DNA of 54,366 bases, counting the filler, from Deltaproteobacteria bacterium (lineage in GTDB: Bacteria; JACQOV01), in NCBI GenBank assembly GCA_016202395.1. It is 4 parts of 4 records of this genome, joined end to end, with 100 filler letters (N's around TTAATTAATTAA, not from the genome) between each part and the next. Parts side by side here need not be neighbours in the genome. Positions count along the whole stretch, not along the records: positions 1 to 16,959 come from JACQOV010000015.1; 3 more parts are not named here. One strand, written 5' to 3'. The notes under the pieces were generated by a model that was not told the origin of the DNA, made no database searches, and was given only the letters and a program-made list of their open reading frames with translations. Every line of letters begins with the position of its first letter. Within the stretch, counting starts at the first letter, position 1. The position numbers and the translations under genes were made by a program. Shown in pieces: positions 1 to 9,274 of this stretch.

Positions 1-117
1 AAAAAGGCCCAGATGCTAGGCAGGCGGAGGAGGCCGAGTGAGGCGTACTTGAGCGGTACGTCGAACGAGTGCCGACGACGCCAACGACGCAGATGGGCCT
101 TTTTCAACAGCCTGCTA
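1..117. mobile_element. MITE-like repeat family A (IS5/IS1182-like ends), truncated by window start
   Basis: Internal IR aaaaaggcccagatgc...gcagatgggccttttt, ends tttttcaacagcctgcta; homologous to 24488-24646; same ends as 49842-50012. Confidence 0.75.
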
Positions 118-133
118 AGTTTCATAGGTTCTC

Positions 134-412
134 CTAGGTCATTGGATCAATTTGTTGCGCGAGATTAAAATCCTTCTCTGTCAATCCGCTGAATTCATGA
201 GTTGTTAGCGAAAGGGTCACTTTCTTGTAATTAATGGTGATATCCGGATGGTGATTGTTCTTTTCTGCAAGTTCTGCAATTTTGTTGACGAATTGGATGG
301 CCGCCACGAAATTGGGAAACACGAACTGACGTTGGATTGCTTTGCCAACAACCGACCATCCTTGCAACTTTTTAAGCCCTTCTCGAATTTGTTCTTTAGA
401 ATAAGTTGACAT
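134..412 (-). CDS. phhB: Pterin-4-alpha-carbinolamine dehydratase
   Basis: 92 aa with AEKNNHHPDI and LTTH..SGLTEKDF motifs. Confidence 0.9.
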   Translation of the reverse strand: MSTYSKEQIREGLKKLQGWSVVGKAIQRQFVFPNFVAAIQFVNKIAELAEKNNHHPDITINYKKVTLSLTTHEFSGLTEKDFNLAQQIDPMT

Positions 413-421
413 GAAGTCCTT

Positions 422-607
422 TTAAGAAGGATCGATCAGCTCTTTTAGGACATTATAAAGTTTTCCGCCTGAATCTTGAACGAGATAATGCCGCTTCCAT
501 TCTTTTAAGATTTTGACCTCGTTCCCTTCTTGAAAAGAGGCCTCCTGTGGGGTATCCGTTTTTGTGGATTGCTGTTTTAAGGCTGTTGCCTTCTTAAATT
601 TTGCCAT
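422..607 (-). CDS. Small hypothetical protein (possibly SH3-like)
   Basis: 61 aa, GAGGAGG RBS upstream, co-oriented with phhB. Confidence 0.65.
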   Translation of the reverse strand: MAKFKKATALKQQSTKTDTPQEASFQEGNEVKILKEWKRHYLVQDSGGKLYNVLKELIDPS

Positions 608-696
608 TCCGTCCTCCTCATTCTATCTCCCTACTCTCATATCACACTCCATCGAATTGCCGCAAGGTTTGGAATTAGAGTGCCTGCTTATTTTAT

Positions 697-821
697 TTGG
701 CCCCGTGGGTCCTGTCATGGGGCTTCCCCCAGGCGTGCTCCATGGTCCGCGCGCCTGGGGGTCCCCCGCCCCATGCCACCCACGGGGCCAAGCAAGAGAA
801 ACTGTGGGTGAAGGTGGAAAA
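697..821 (+). repeat. GC-rich palindromic repeat family B
   Basis: 14-bp terminal IR ttggccccgtgggt/acccacggggccaa, inner cccccaggcg/cgcctggggg; near-identical copies at 46741-46853 (-) and 54301-54366, tail at 36659. Confidence 0.85.
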
Positions 822-888
822 AAACATTCCTGTGCATTGACGGGTATTCGCTTGTCGTTGGGCGTGGGTTCCTGTATAAACGGAGGGG

Positions 889-1914
889 ATGAAAGCCGTT
901 GTTCTTGAGAAGTGTGGTGGGCCTGAGGAGCTTCACTACCAGGATTGGGAGCTGAAGAGGCTTGAGCCTGACGAGGTTTTGGTCCGTGTTCGAGCTTGTG
1001 GAGTTTGTTACCGCGATATCCTCGATCGAAGCGGGAAATTTCCGATGATCCAGCTTCCGATTATTCCAGGGCATGAGTTTTCTGGAGAGATTGTTGAGGT
1101 GGGATCGGATGTCCATCATTTCAAAGTGGGAGATCGCGTGACGAATCTTCATCGTGCCCCTTGTGGTCGTTGCCGTTATTGTCAAAAAGGGGATGAGATT
1201 CATTGTGAGGAGGCCTGGCCCAGTTTTGGACTCACGATCCATGGGAGCTACGCGGAGTTTGTCATGGCCCCTGCGGGGGCTTTAGTTCCAATCCCTCGGG
1301 AGCTCTCTTTTGAGAAGGCAGCTCCGTTGATGTGCACGGCGGCGGTGGCTTTGCGAGGGCTTCGAGAGCGCGCTCACGTTCAAAAAGGGGAAACGGTTTT
1401 AATCACGGGGGCCAGCGGTGGTGTGGGAAGCGCTGCGGTCCAGGTGGCCAAGCTTCTGGGATGTCGCGTGATTGCGGTTACCACGTCGGAGTTGAAAATT
1501 CCGTTCCTCAAACAACTCGGAACCGACGAAGTGGTGGTGAGCGCCGATGGGATCTTTCACAAGAAACTCCTGTCGCAGATTCCCGAAGGGGTGGATGTGG
1601 CGCTTGAAATTGTGGGGTCGATCACTTTTAACTCCAGCCTCCGTTCGCTTCGGAAAGGGGGGCGATTGGTTCTCATTGGGAATGTAGCGTCGATGCGGAT
1701 TGAGATCAATCCTGGCTATCTTATTTTAAATGGGCTTACCATTCTCGGTTCTGATTCGGCCACCCGCAAAGATTTGGAGCAGGTCTTAGAGTGGGTGGCT
1801 TCGGGAACTCTCCAACCCCAAGTCTCTGTAAAACTCCCATTGACAGAAGCAGCGAAAGCGCATCGATTGCTGGAATCTCGGCAAACCACCGGCCGCATTG
1901 TTTTGGTGCCGTAA
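889..1914 (+). CDS. Zinc-dependent medium-chain alcohol dehydrogenase/reductase
   Basis: ACGVCYRD, GHEFSG, CGRCRYC..C Zn site, GASGGVG nucleotide-binding motif. Confidence 0.9.
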   Translation: MKAVVLEKCGGPEELHYQDWELKRLEPDEVLVRVRACGVCYRDILDRSGKFPMIQLPIIPGHEFSGEIVEVGSDVHHFKVGDRVTNLHRAPCGRCRYCQKGDEIHCEEAWPSFGLTIHGSYAEFVMAPAGALVPIPRELSFEKAAPLMCTAAVALRGLRERAHVQKGETVLITGASGGVGSAAVQVAKLLGCRVIAVTTSELKIPFLKQLGTDEVVVSADGIFHKKLLSQIPEGVDVALEIVGSITFNSSLRSLRKGGRLVLIGNVASMRIEINPGYLILNGLTILGSDSATRKDLEQVLEWVASGTLQPQVSVKLPLTEAAKAHRLLESRQTTGRIVLVP

Positions 1915-1962
1915 ACAAATAATATATTGACGTGAGAGGTTTAAGCCTTTAATCTTAGGAGC

Positions 1963-2427
1963 ATGGAAGAGATGCCACAGAACGAAGCGCCCCAAGACAA
2001 TAGAGGGCGGCCGGATCGGCGGCGAAAACCCACGCCGTTTTTCTCCAAGTACACCTTGGTGGGACGGCGGAAGAATAATCGGCGTGGGAGTGATCCTCGG
2101 GCCAATTACTATGTCGATCGGATTGGCTCTAGGGCGTGGTTCTATGTGGTCATCTTAGTGTTTCTGAGCTTTGTGGATGGCGGATTTACGATCTATTTTT
2201 TGGACCACCATGATGGTTTTAGCGAAGCAAATCCTGTCATGCAGATTGCTCTTGTGGTGGGCAATGAGGCCTTTATTTTTTCGAAGTATGCCCTTACGAT
2301 TATTGGAGCGTTGGTCATTTGTCTTCACAAAAATTTTAACTATGTTCGGATCGTGGCCTTTTCTCTTTTTGGTCTCTACATTCTGCTCAATAGTTACCAC
2401 CTCTACCTTTACTTCAACAAAATATGA
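1963..2427 (+). CDS. Membrane protein, DUF5658-like
   Basis: Arg-rich N-terminus (PDRR, GRRKNNRR), LSFVDG..T, EANPVM, three TM segments. Confidence 0.7.
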   Translation: MEEMPQNEAPQDNRGRPDRRRKPTPFFSKYTLVGRRKNNRRGSDPRANYYVDRIGSRAWFYVVILVFLSFVDGGFTIYFLDHHDGFSEANPVMQIALVVGNEAFIFSKYALTIIGALVICLHKNFNYVRIVAFSLFGLYILLNSYHLYLYFNKI

Positions 2428-3581
2428 ACCACGCAGTGGTCCACTACCATGAGATCGCGTTAAAAGGGAAAAATCGGCCGCTGTTTGTCCGGAAGTTGGT
2501 TGAGAACATTCGAGGCGCGTTGAAGGATCTACCTCTCCGATGGGTGGAGGGAGTGGGAGGGGGGGTGTTGTTGACCTTTGGTAACCCGGTTTCCTCCGAG
2601 GCGGTTGCGGAACGACTCCGGTGGGTTTTTGGGATCGCCAATTTTTCGTTAGGTTCTTTAGGTTCGCGCGATCTCGATAGCTTAAAACAGGAAATCGCTC
2701 GCGCGCTCGATGGGAGAGAGCTCCAGAGCTTCCGCGTTCGGACTCGTCGTTCGGATAAAAGTTTTCCACAAAACTCGATGGAGGTCGATCGAGAGTTGGG
2801 AAAGTGTCTCGTAGATCGATTCCATTGGCCTGTTCAGCTTGAGGACCCAGAGCTCACCGTTCATGTGGAAATCGCGCCAAAGAAAACGTTCTTTAGTTTT
2901 GAGAAAATTGCAGGGCCTGGAGGGTTGCCTGTGGGGATCAGTGGCAGGGTGATGACGTTGATTTCAGGAGGGATCGATTCTCCGGTAGCCGCGTATCGGA
3001 TGATGCAACGAGGCTGCATGGTCGATTTTGTTCATTTTCATTCTTATCCTTTTTTGAGCAAGGCCTCCATCGAAAAAGTTGAGGAATTAATTCCCCTTTT
3101 TCAGCGCCATCAAAAGACGATTTCTCTTTTCTTAGTTCCCTTCGGCGAGATCCAACAAGAGGTGGTTGCGAAAGCTCCTGAGCCGCTTCGTGTGATTCTC
3201 TATCGTCGATTGATGGCGCGGATTGCGGAGAGGCTTGCCAAAAAACAGAAGGCCTTGGCTCTTGTTACTGGAGAAAGTTTAGGTCAGGTTGCCTCGCAGA
3301 CATTGGAAAACTTGCGCGCGATTGAGCAATCGGTAGAGATTCCCATTTTTCGTCCTTTAATAGGAATGGATAAGATCGAGATCGAAAATTCCGCCCGTAA
3401 AATTGGGACTTATGAAATTTCCATTCAAGAAGACCAAGATTGCTGCCAGCTCTTTATTCCGAAAAACCCCACCACCAAAGCGCATTGGAGATCTCTCGAG
3501 CAGGCAGAAAAAAGTTTAGATATCGAGGGCCTGACTCAACAAGGGATCGATCGAACCATCCTCAAGAAATTTTCATGTTGA
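2424..3581 (+). CDS. thiI: tRNA 4-thiouridine synthase (THUMP + PP-loop, no C-terminal rhodanese)
   Basis: HYHEIALKGKNR, LISGGIDSPVA, TGESLGQVASQT, RPLIGMDK, DCC. Confidence 0.95.
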   Translation: MNHAVVHYHEIALKGKNRPLFVRKLVENIRGALKDLPLRWVEGVGGGVLLTFGNPVSSEAVAERLRWVFGIANFSLGSLGSRDLDSLKQEIARALDGRELQSFRVRTRRSDKSFPQNSMEVDRELGKCLVDRFHWPVQLEDPELTVHVEIAPKKTFFSFEKIAGPGGLPVGISGRVMTLISGGIDSPVAAYRMMQRGCMVDFVHFHSYPFLSKASIEKVEELIPLFQRHQKTISLFLVPFGEIQQEVVAKAPEPLRVILYRRLMARIAERLAKKQKALALVTGESLGQVASQTLENLRAIEQSVEIPIFRPLIGMDKIEIENSARKIGTYEISIQEDQDCCQLFIPKNPTTKAHWRSLEQAEKSLDIEGLTQQGIDRTILKKFSC

Positions 3582-3591
3582 CCCAGGTGTC

Positions 3592-3652
3592 TGTCATTGC
3601 GAGCGAAGCGAAGCAATCCCCTGGAGATTGCTTCGCTTCGCTCGCAATGACA
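3592..3652. repeat. Palindromic REP/RPE-like hairpin (GTCAT...ATGAC class), possible bidirectional terminator
   Basis: 27-bp perfect IR tgtcattgcgagcgaagcgaagcaatc with 7-nt loop between convergent thiI and sppA. Confidence 0.85.
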
Positions 3653-3664
3653 TGCTTTGAACCG

Positions 3665-4645
3665 CTAATTTCCGGGTGGAAGCCAGAGATACAGAAAATT
3701 CGGATCCAAATTGAGCAGTGGCGACAAAGGCCCCAAGAGCGCCGGATACTGCGCTCGAGAATCGATCCCTGAATAGATCGTTTCGCGAGGTTTGTCAGGA
3801 GTGGTGTAGATCACCACAAGGGCTTGAATCACGCCGGCCCGCTTTTTAGCCTCTTCAATCGCGTCATCGAGATAGCCAATCTGATCGATCAAACCGGCGC
3901 TCAAGGCTTGTTCTGCAGTGTAGATTCTCCCGTCCGCGAGTCGTCGCACCTCTTTTTCTGAGAGGGTTTTTCGCCCCTTTTGCACCACGGAAACAAACGT
4001 TTGGTAGTGGCTATCGATCACGCTTTGCAAAATCTTTTGATCTTCGGTGGAAAGATCCTTAAAAGGGGTTCCGATGTCTTTGTTTTCTCCTGAGACGATA
4101 TTCGTTCCAGAAACGCCGATTTTTTGAAGCAACCCTTCCACGCTAATGTGGGTCATGATGACGCCGATACTCCCAGTGATGGTGGTGGGATGTGCAATCA
4201 CTTTGTCGGAGGCCATCGCCACGTAGTAAGCCCCTGAGGCGGCTACATCCATCATCGCGACAATAACAGGGATTCGTGTCTGGTCTTTGAACTCTAGTAT
4301 TTCATGATACAGGATATCGCTGGCGGTGACGGTGCCACCTGGGCTGTTGACACGCAATATGACAGCAACCACATTCGGATCATGGCTTGCGGCTTGGAGT
4401 CTTTTCACGACAGCTTCCACGGGGCTCTCTTTGGAACCCAAAAAAAAGGGGCGATCTTCTGTCTCCAGCTTGAGAACGCCCGAGATGTCGATCAAAAGGA
4501 TCTTTGCGCGCCCTTCGCCGGTAAGCCTCACCTCTTGAAGCGGGAGTGGGCCTCCTCCGGCCAGCGGGCCGAGGTTGGGGGAGATGAAAAAACAGCCATT
4601 GAACAGAAAAAACCCTAAGCAAAGAAATTTGAGATAGAAACGCAT
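3665..4645 (-). CDS. sppA: Signal peptide peptidase SppA (S49), probable lipoprotein
   Basis: LRVNSPGG, AASGAYY, TGSIGV, DGRIYTAEQA; start reassigned to MRFYLKF at 4645. Confidence 0.9.
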   Translation of the reverse strand: MRFYLKFLCLGFFLFNGCFFISPNLGPLAGGGPLPLQEVRLTGEGRAKILLIDISGVLKLETEDRPFFLGSKESPVEAVVKRLQAASHDPNVVAVILRVNSPGGTVTASDILYHEILEFKDQTRIPVIVAMMDVAASGAYYVAMASDKVIAHPTTITGSIGVIMTHISVEGLLQKIGVSGTNIVSGENKDIGTPFKDLSTEDQKILQSVIDSHYQTFVSVVQKGRKTLSEKEVRRLADGRIYTAEQALSAGLIDQIGYLDDAIEEAKKRAGVIQALVVIYTTPDKPRETIYSGIDSRAQYPALLGPLSPLLNLDPNFLYLWLPPGN

Positions 4646-4707
4646 AAACACCCTCCTTCTAAATCTGAGAGTGTCATAACACGAGTCTCCAACCAGGTCA
4701 ATCGGAC

Positions 4708-5421
4708 TTATCGCAGGAAGCGCATGATGAGGACGGAGAGTTCGTAGAGGAGGATCATCGGAATCATAATGCACATCATCGAAATAACATCCGGTGGCGT
4801 GATAATGGCCGCAACGATGGCAATAATGATAATCGCATAACCCCGTTTTTTTACCAGCGTCTCACGACTTATTACCCCTACTTTATTCAGCAGCACAAGA
4901 AATACCGGGAGTTCAAAGGAGAGTCCCGAGGCCAGCATCATCAGAATCGTGAATGACAAGTATTGCTGGATCGAGGGGAGCGGACGGATCCACTCCGAAG
5001 AGAAATCGTTGATAAAAAAGGGGAGAACCACGGGAAGAATCACGAAGAAACCAAAAAGGGCCCCGGTTGTAAATAAAATTAAAGTCGATCCCACAAATAG
5101 GATGGCGTACTTTTTTTCTTGGTCGTAAAGTCCAGGGACCACAAATCTCCAGATCTCGAAAAGGAGGTAGGGGATGGCAATCAAAAAAGCGGTGTAGAAG
5201 CCCACTTTGAAATGGGTGAGAAAACCTTCAACAATCCCTGTGAAGATCAGGGTCTGTCCTTCGGGCAAAACCTGACGCAGGGGAGAGGTCAGCCATTCGA
5301 AGATTGTGGAGGAGAGGGGATAAAGAGCAAAAAATAGGACTCCAACAACAATGAAACACCGGATCAACCGTTTTCGGAGCTCTTCCAGATGAGATAAAAA
5401 AGGGAGCCGCTCTTCACTCAT
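4708..5421 (-). CDS. tatC: Twin-arginine translocase TatC
   Basis: HLEELRKRL, WRFVVPGLY..E, FELP, ITPPD. Confidence 0.95.
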   Translation of the reverse strand: MSEERLPFLSHLEELRKRLIRCFIVVGVLFFALYPLSSTIFEWLTSPLRQVLPEGQTLIFTGIVEGFLTHFKVGFYTAFLIAIPYLLFEIWRFVVPGLYDQEKKYAILFVGSTLILFTTGALFGFFVILPVVLPFFINDFSSEWIRPLPSIQQYLSFTILMMLASGLSFELPVFLVLLNKVGVISRETLVKKRGYAIIIIAIVAAIITPPDVISMMCIMIPMILLYELSVLIMRFLR

Positions 5422-5644
5422 TGGGTTTTGGGGTTTTAGGGTCTTCTTTTAAAGCATCGGAGAGGACTTCTTGACCCAGATTTTCGACCTGTTGGACCTC
5501 TTTTTTGATGTCATCGGTGGCTCTTCGAAATTCGTTGATGGCTCGGCCGAGCCCTTTGGCGATCTCGGGAAGGCGTTTGGGGCCAATAAAGATCAGCGCA
5601 ATCACTAGAATCACCAAAAGTTCCGACATTCCAATTCCAAACAT
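5414..5644 (-). CDS. Twin-arginine translocase TatA/TatB
   Basis: MFGIGMSELLVILVIALIFIGPKRLPE; start reassigned to 5644. Confidence 0.9.
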   Translation of the reverse strand: MFGIGMSELLVILVIALIFIGPKRLPEIAKGLGRAINEFRRATDDIKKEVQQVENLGQEVLSDALKEDPKTPKPNE

Positions 5645-5882
5645 GCTCCCCAGTCTAGCTCGAAAGGCCCAACGGGGCAATGGCTCATCATTTCCGAACT
5701 AATGTAATTGATTCGAATAGTTTTAAGCTCATAATGAGGAAGTAATGGTTCGGAAAGTTCGGAAAACTGAAGAAAATGCTCTGATCCGCTCGGCTGTAAT
5801 TTTGGTCTCTGGGTGTAGCGGTTTTATTTACTTTTTCAAGGGGTTGGGTTATGTTGTGGCGTGGCGAAAGGAACTTTCCACG

Positions 5883-6503
5883 ATGGAAGAGGTCTTAAAA
5901 AAGGGGAAAGAGAGTGTCATCCTGGAGGAGGATCTTGAAGGGGAATTCCTCAGCCGATTACTTCAGGGAGACGCAAGCGCCTTTCAGGAGGTGGTGGCGA
6001 GGTATCAGAGAGGGATCTTTGGGTTCTGTTTGAGAATGATTGGGAATGTGGCCGAGGCGGAAGATTTGGCTCAAGAGGTTTTTCTTCGGGCGTTTCGGTC
6101 GATTCGGCGGTTCCGAGGGCAGTCGAAATTCTCCACCTGGCTTTATCAGATTGCGCGCAATCTTTCGCTCAACCGGATCCGCTATTTGAGACGGAGGCGA
6201 ACCTCCGATTTACAGAGTGTGTCCATGGAAAACGAAGCCTCATTAGCCGTGATTTTTGAGAATGGGGAGATCGACTCGCCGGAGGGGGCTGTGTTGGAGC
6301 AAGAGAGGAGACGCCATCTTTCGGAGGCGATTGTTTCGCTCGATATCTTGTATCGAGAGGTGATCCTTCTGCGGGATGTGGAAGGGCTTTCTTATGAGGA
6401 GATCTCGGAGGCTCTGGGGACTGCGGTGGGGACTGTGAAATCGAGGCTCCATCGCGCCCGAATGGAGCTTCTAAAACAGATGAAGAAACGGGGCATGCTA
6501 TGA
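5883..6503 (+). CDS. ECF sigma factor (sigma-24/RpoE-like)
   Basis: AEDLAQEVFLRA, FSTWLYQIARN, GLSYEEI, GTVKSRLHRAR; start uncertain. Confidence 0.9.
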   Translation: MEEVLKKGKESVILEEDLEGEFLSRLLQGDASAFQEVVARYQRGIFGFCLRMIGNVAEAEDLAQEVFLRAFRSIRRFRGQSKFSTWLYQIARNLSLNRIRYLRRRRTSDLQSVSMENEASLAVIFENGEIDSPEGAVLEQERRRHLSEAIVSLDILYREVILLRDVEGLSYEEISEALGTAVGTVKSRLHRARMELLKQMKKRGML

Positions 6504-7207
6504 GTTCCGATTGTAAAAATTATTCAGAAAAGCTCTCCGAATATTTAGAGGGGGATCTGATCCTCGTTGAGGAGAAAGCCATAGAGGAGCATCTGGCGGG
6601 TTGCTCCGGTTGCCAGAAGGATCTCAAGGATCTTCGTGGACTTCTTCATTCCTTGGAGTCGCTGCGTGGTGAGGCGGTTTCGCGTCAGCTTTGGCCGGCA
6701 ATTCACGCCAAGCTCCATCCTCCTTCACGAGGGTGGTCTCTAGGATGGCATCTTATTCCTCGCCCTGTTTTAGCCTTGGCTGCGGTGTTGTTGGCGGTAG
6801 TCATTGGTTTGTGGTTTCAAGATTTTCCGGGTCATCACGATCTCACCTCGAACGACAAAGATAGGGTCTTAGCTCCCGAGCAACCGGTTCAAGAGTGGTT
6901 TCTCTCGATGCCATCGCTCTTGGCTGATTCTCAGAAAGAGATTGATCCCTTGCTCGCATCGGTGGTTCAGCGGATGCGGATGATCCATCATCCCTATACC
7001 CTTCGTGTGGAAGGATATCGCCGGCCTCAGGAGGCTGCCCATCTCTCCGAGCTTCGCGCTCGAAGAGCGATGGAGGCCTTAGTGACGTCGGGGATTCCAC
7101 AGGAGCGGATCTTTTTAGTCGATAAAGGATTGACGCCCGAGTCGGAAGAGGATGAAGATTCTTCTAAGGGGGATGTCCGATTGGTGCTAGAACCGGTCAA
7201 CCGCTAA
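6500..7207 (+). CDS. Zinc-finger (HxxxCxxC) anti-sigma factor with TM helix and C-terminal OmpA-like domain
   Basis: HLAGCSGC, TM LALAAVLLAVVIGLWF, C-terminal LRVEGY...LSELRA...LVTSGIPQERI. Confidence 0.75.
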   Translation: MSSDCKNYSEKLSEYLEGDLILVEEKAIEEHLAGCSGCQKDLKDLRGLLHSLESLRGEAVSRQLWPAIHAKLHPPSRGWSLGWHLIPRPVLALAAVLLAVVIGLWFQDFPGHHDLTSNDKDRVLAPEQPVQEWFLSMPSLLADSQKEIDPLLASVVQRMRMIHHPYTLRVEGYRRPQEAAHLSELRARRAMEALVTSGIPQERIFLVDKGLTPESEEDEDSSKGDVRLVLEPVNR

Positions 7208-7211
7208 CCCG

Positions 7212-7874
7212 ATGGAGACCCAACCATTACATCGTTGGGATGTTACACCCCAAGAAGCTATTCAGATCCAACAAAGGCTTCGGCAGCAGGTGGTCCCGTT
7301 CCATGATTTCTCAGAGATTCGGACCATTGCCGGCATCGATATCTCTACTCGGAATGAAACGGCACGGGCTGCTGTTGTTGTTCTATCGTTCCCAGATTTA
7401 AGATGCATGGACCAGGCTACCGCTTCTCTCCCATTGACCTTCCCCTATGTCCCTGGGCTTCTCTCTTTTCGCGAGAGCCCTGCAATTCTCAAGGCCTTTG
7501 GGCGACTCCAAGTGAGACCCGATCTCCTCATGATCGATGGGCAGGGGATGGCTCATCCGCGGCGTTTTGGGATCGCATGTCATTTAGGGCTTTTGCTGGA
7601 TATCCCTTCGATCGGTTGTGCCAAGTCGCTCCTTTGTGGCGCGTTTAAAGAGCCAGGTCCAACCGCGCCCGGGTTTTCCGATCTCATCGATCATGGAGAG
7701 ATCATTGGGGCGGTCCTTCGCACTAAGAACAACACCCATCCTCTCTTCATTTCCATTGGGCATCGGATTGACCTGAAGAGATCGATCGAGTATACGTTGC
7801 GGTGTTGTCGAGGATATCGATTGCCGGAGCCGACTCGCTTGGCTCATCAAGCAGCTGGAGGATTGCATTCATGA
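7212..7874 (+). CDS. nfi: Endonuclease V
   Basis: IAGID, FPYVPGLLSFRE, DGQGMAHPRRFGIACH, GCAKS, RLPEPTRLAH. Confidence 0.95.
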   Translation: METQPLHRWDVTPQEAIQIQQRLRQQVVPFHDFSEIRTIAGIDISTRNETARAAVVVLSFPDLRCMDQATASLPLTFPYVPGLLSFRESPAILKAFGRLQVRPDLLMIDGQGMAHPRRFGIACHLGLLLDIPSIGCAKSLLCGAFKEPGPTAPGFSDLIDHGEIIGAVLRTKNNTHPLFISIGHRIDLKRSIEYTLRCCRGYRLPEPTRLAHQAAGGLHS

Positions 7875-9274
7875 AAACACGCACTGAAAAAGATTCGATA
7901 GGGGAGTTCCAAGTTCCTGCGGACGCTTATTGGGGGGTTCAAACCGCCCGAGCGGTTGAGAATTTCCCGATCAGCGGCCTTTGTTTCCATCCCGATTTCT
8001 TCTGGGCGATGGCCCACATCAAATACGCCGCCGCCCAAGCCAATCGTGCGCTCGGCAAACTCGATAAGAAGCGGACAGAGGCCATTCTCAAAGCGGCCGA
8101 AGAGGTGATCGAAGGTAAATTTAACGATCAATTTGTTGTGGATGTCTATCAAGCCGGAGCCGGCACCTCCACTCACATGAATATGAATGAGGTGGTTGCC
8201 AATCGCGCCAATGAGGTTCTAGGGAGCCCTAAAGGATCTTACAAAGAGCTCAATCCGAACGACCATGTCAACCTAGGGCAATCGACCAACGATGTGATTC
8301 CAACAACCATTCGAGTTGGCGCTTTGCGTTTGGTGAAGAAGTTATTGTCTGAGCTGCAAGCCCTTGCCGCCGCTTTCAACAAGAAGGCCTGCGAATTTTA
8401 TCCGATTGTTAAGAGCGGTCGCACGCATCTTCAGGATGCAACACCGGTCCGTTTGGGCCAAGAGTTTGGGGCCTATGCCGAGTGCTTGAAAGGGTGGGGC
8501 CAGAGGATCGATCAGGCCTCCAAAGATTTGGAATGGCTTGGCATCGGTGGAAGCGCCACAGGCACCGGTTTAAACACCCATCCTCAGTATCGCGAAAAAC
8601 TCGTTGCCGTGTTGGCCCAGCGAACCGGTTTTAGTCTCAAACTTTCACCCAATCTCTTTGAGGCGATGCAAAGCATGGCGCCGTTGATTCATGTTTCCAA
8701 CGCTGTTCGCGGAACGGCTTTGGATCTCATTCGAATCTGTAATGATCTTCGATTGTTAAGCTCCGGGCCTCGCACCGGTTTCGCTGAAATTATTTTGCCA
8801 CCCGTGCAGCCCGGCTCTTCGATCATGCCAGGAAAAGTGAATCCGGTTTTGCCAGAGATGATGAGTATGGTCTGTTTCCAAGTTCTTGGACATGACTCTA
8901 CCATTGCGTATGCCTCTCAAGCGGGACAGCTTGAACTCAACGTGATGATGCCTGTCATTGGCTATAATCTCCTTCAGATGCTTGAGATTTTTCGCACCGC
9001 TTGCACGGCTCTGCGTGCCCGTTGTGTCGAAGGGATCCAGGCTGATAAAGAACGTTGTCGTTGGTATGCGGAACAAACGCTAGGGTTAGCCACGGCCCTC
9101 AATCCCTTCATCGGCTATCTCAAAGCGGCCGAGGTGGCCAAGGAGTCGCACCAATCGGGCCGCACCGTGCGTGAAGTCATTCTCGAGAAAAAAGTTTTAA
9201 CGGAAAAGGAACTCGAAGAGCGTCTCTCCCCCGAAAACTTGACCGAACCCCACGACATTACACAAAAAGCGTGA
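7871..9274 (+). CDS. Aspartate ammonia-lyase / class II fumarase family
   Basis: GSSIMPGKVNP, KSGRTHLQDA, QSTND; start reassigned to MKTRTEKDS; aspA vs fumC not resolved. Confidence 0.9.
   Translation: MKTRTEKDSIGEFQVPADAYWGVQTARAVENFPISGLCFHPDFFWAMAHIKYAAAQANRALGKLDKKRTEAILKAAEEVIEGKFNDQFVVDVYQAGAGTSTHMNMNEVVANRANEVLGSPKGSYKELNPNDHVNLGQSTNDVIPTTIRVGALRLVKKLLSELQALAAAFNKKACEFYPIVKSGRTHLQDATPVRLGQEFGAYAECLKGWGQRIDQASKDLEWLGIGGSATGTGLNTHPQYREKLVAVLAQRTGFSLKLSPNLFEAMQSMAPLIHVSNAVRGTALDLIRICNDLRLLSSGPRTGFAEIILPPVQPGSSIMPGKVNPVLPEMMSMVCFQVLGHDSTIAYASQAGQLELNVMMPVIGYNLLQMLEIFRTACTALRARCVEGIQADKERCRWYAEQTLGLATALNPFIGYLKAAEVAKESHQSGRTVREVILEKKVLTEKELEERLSPENLTEPHDITQKA

Noticed and set aside
564..1242. 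ORFs 564-908 and 715-1242
   Set aside because: Span repeat family B and lie antisense or off-frame to the dehydrogenase
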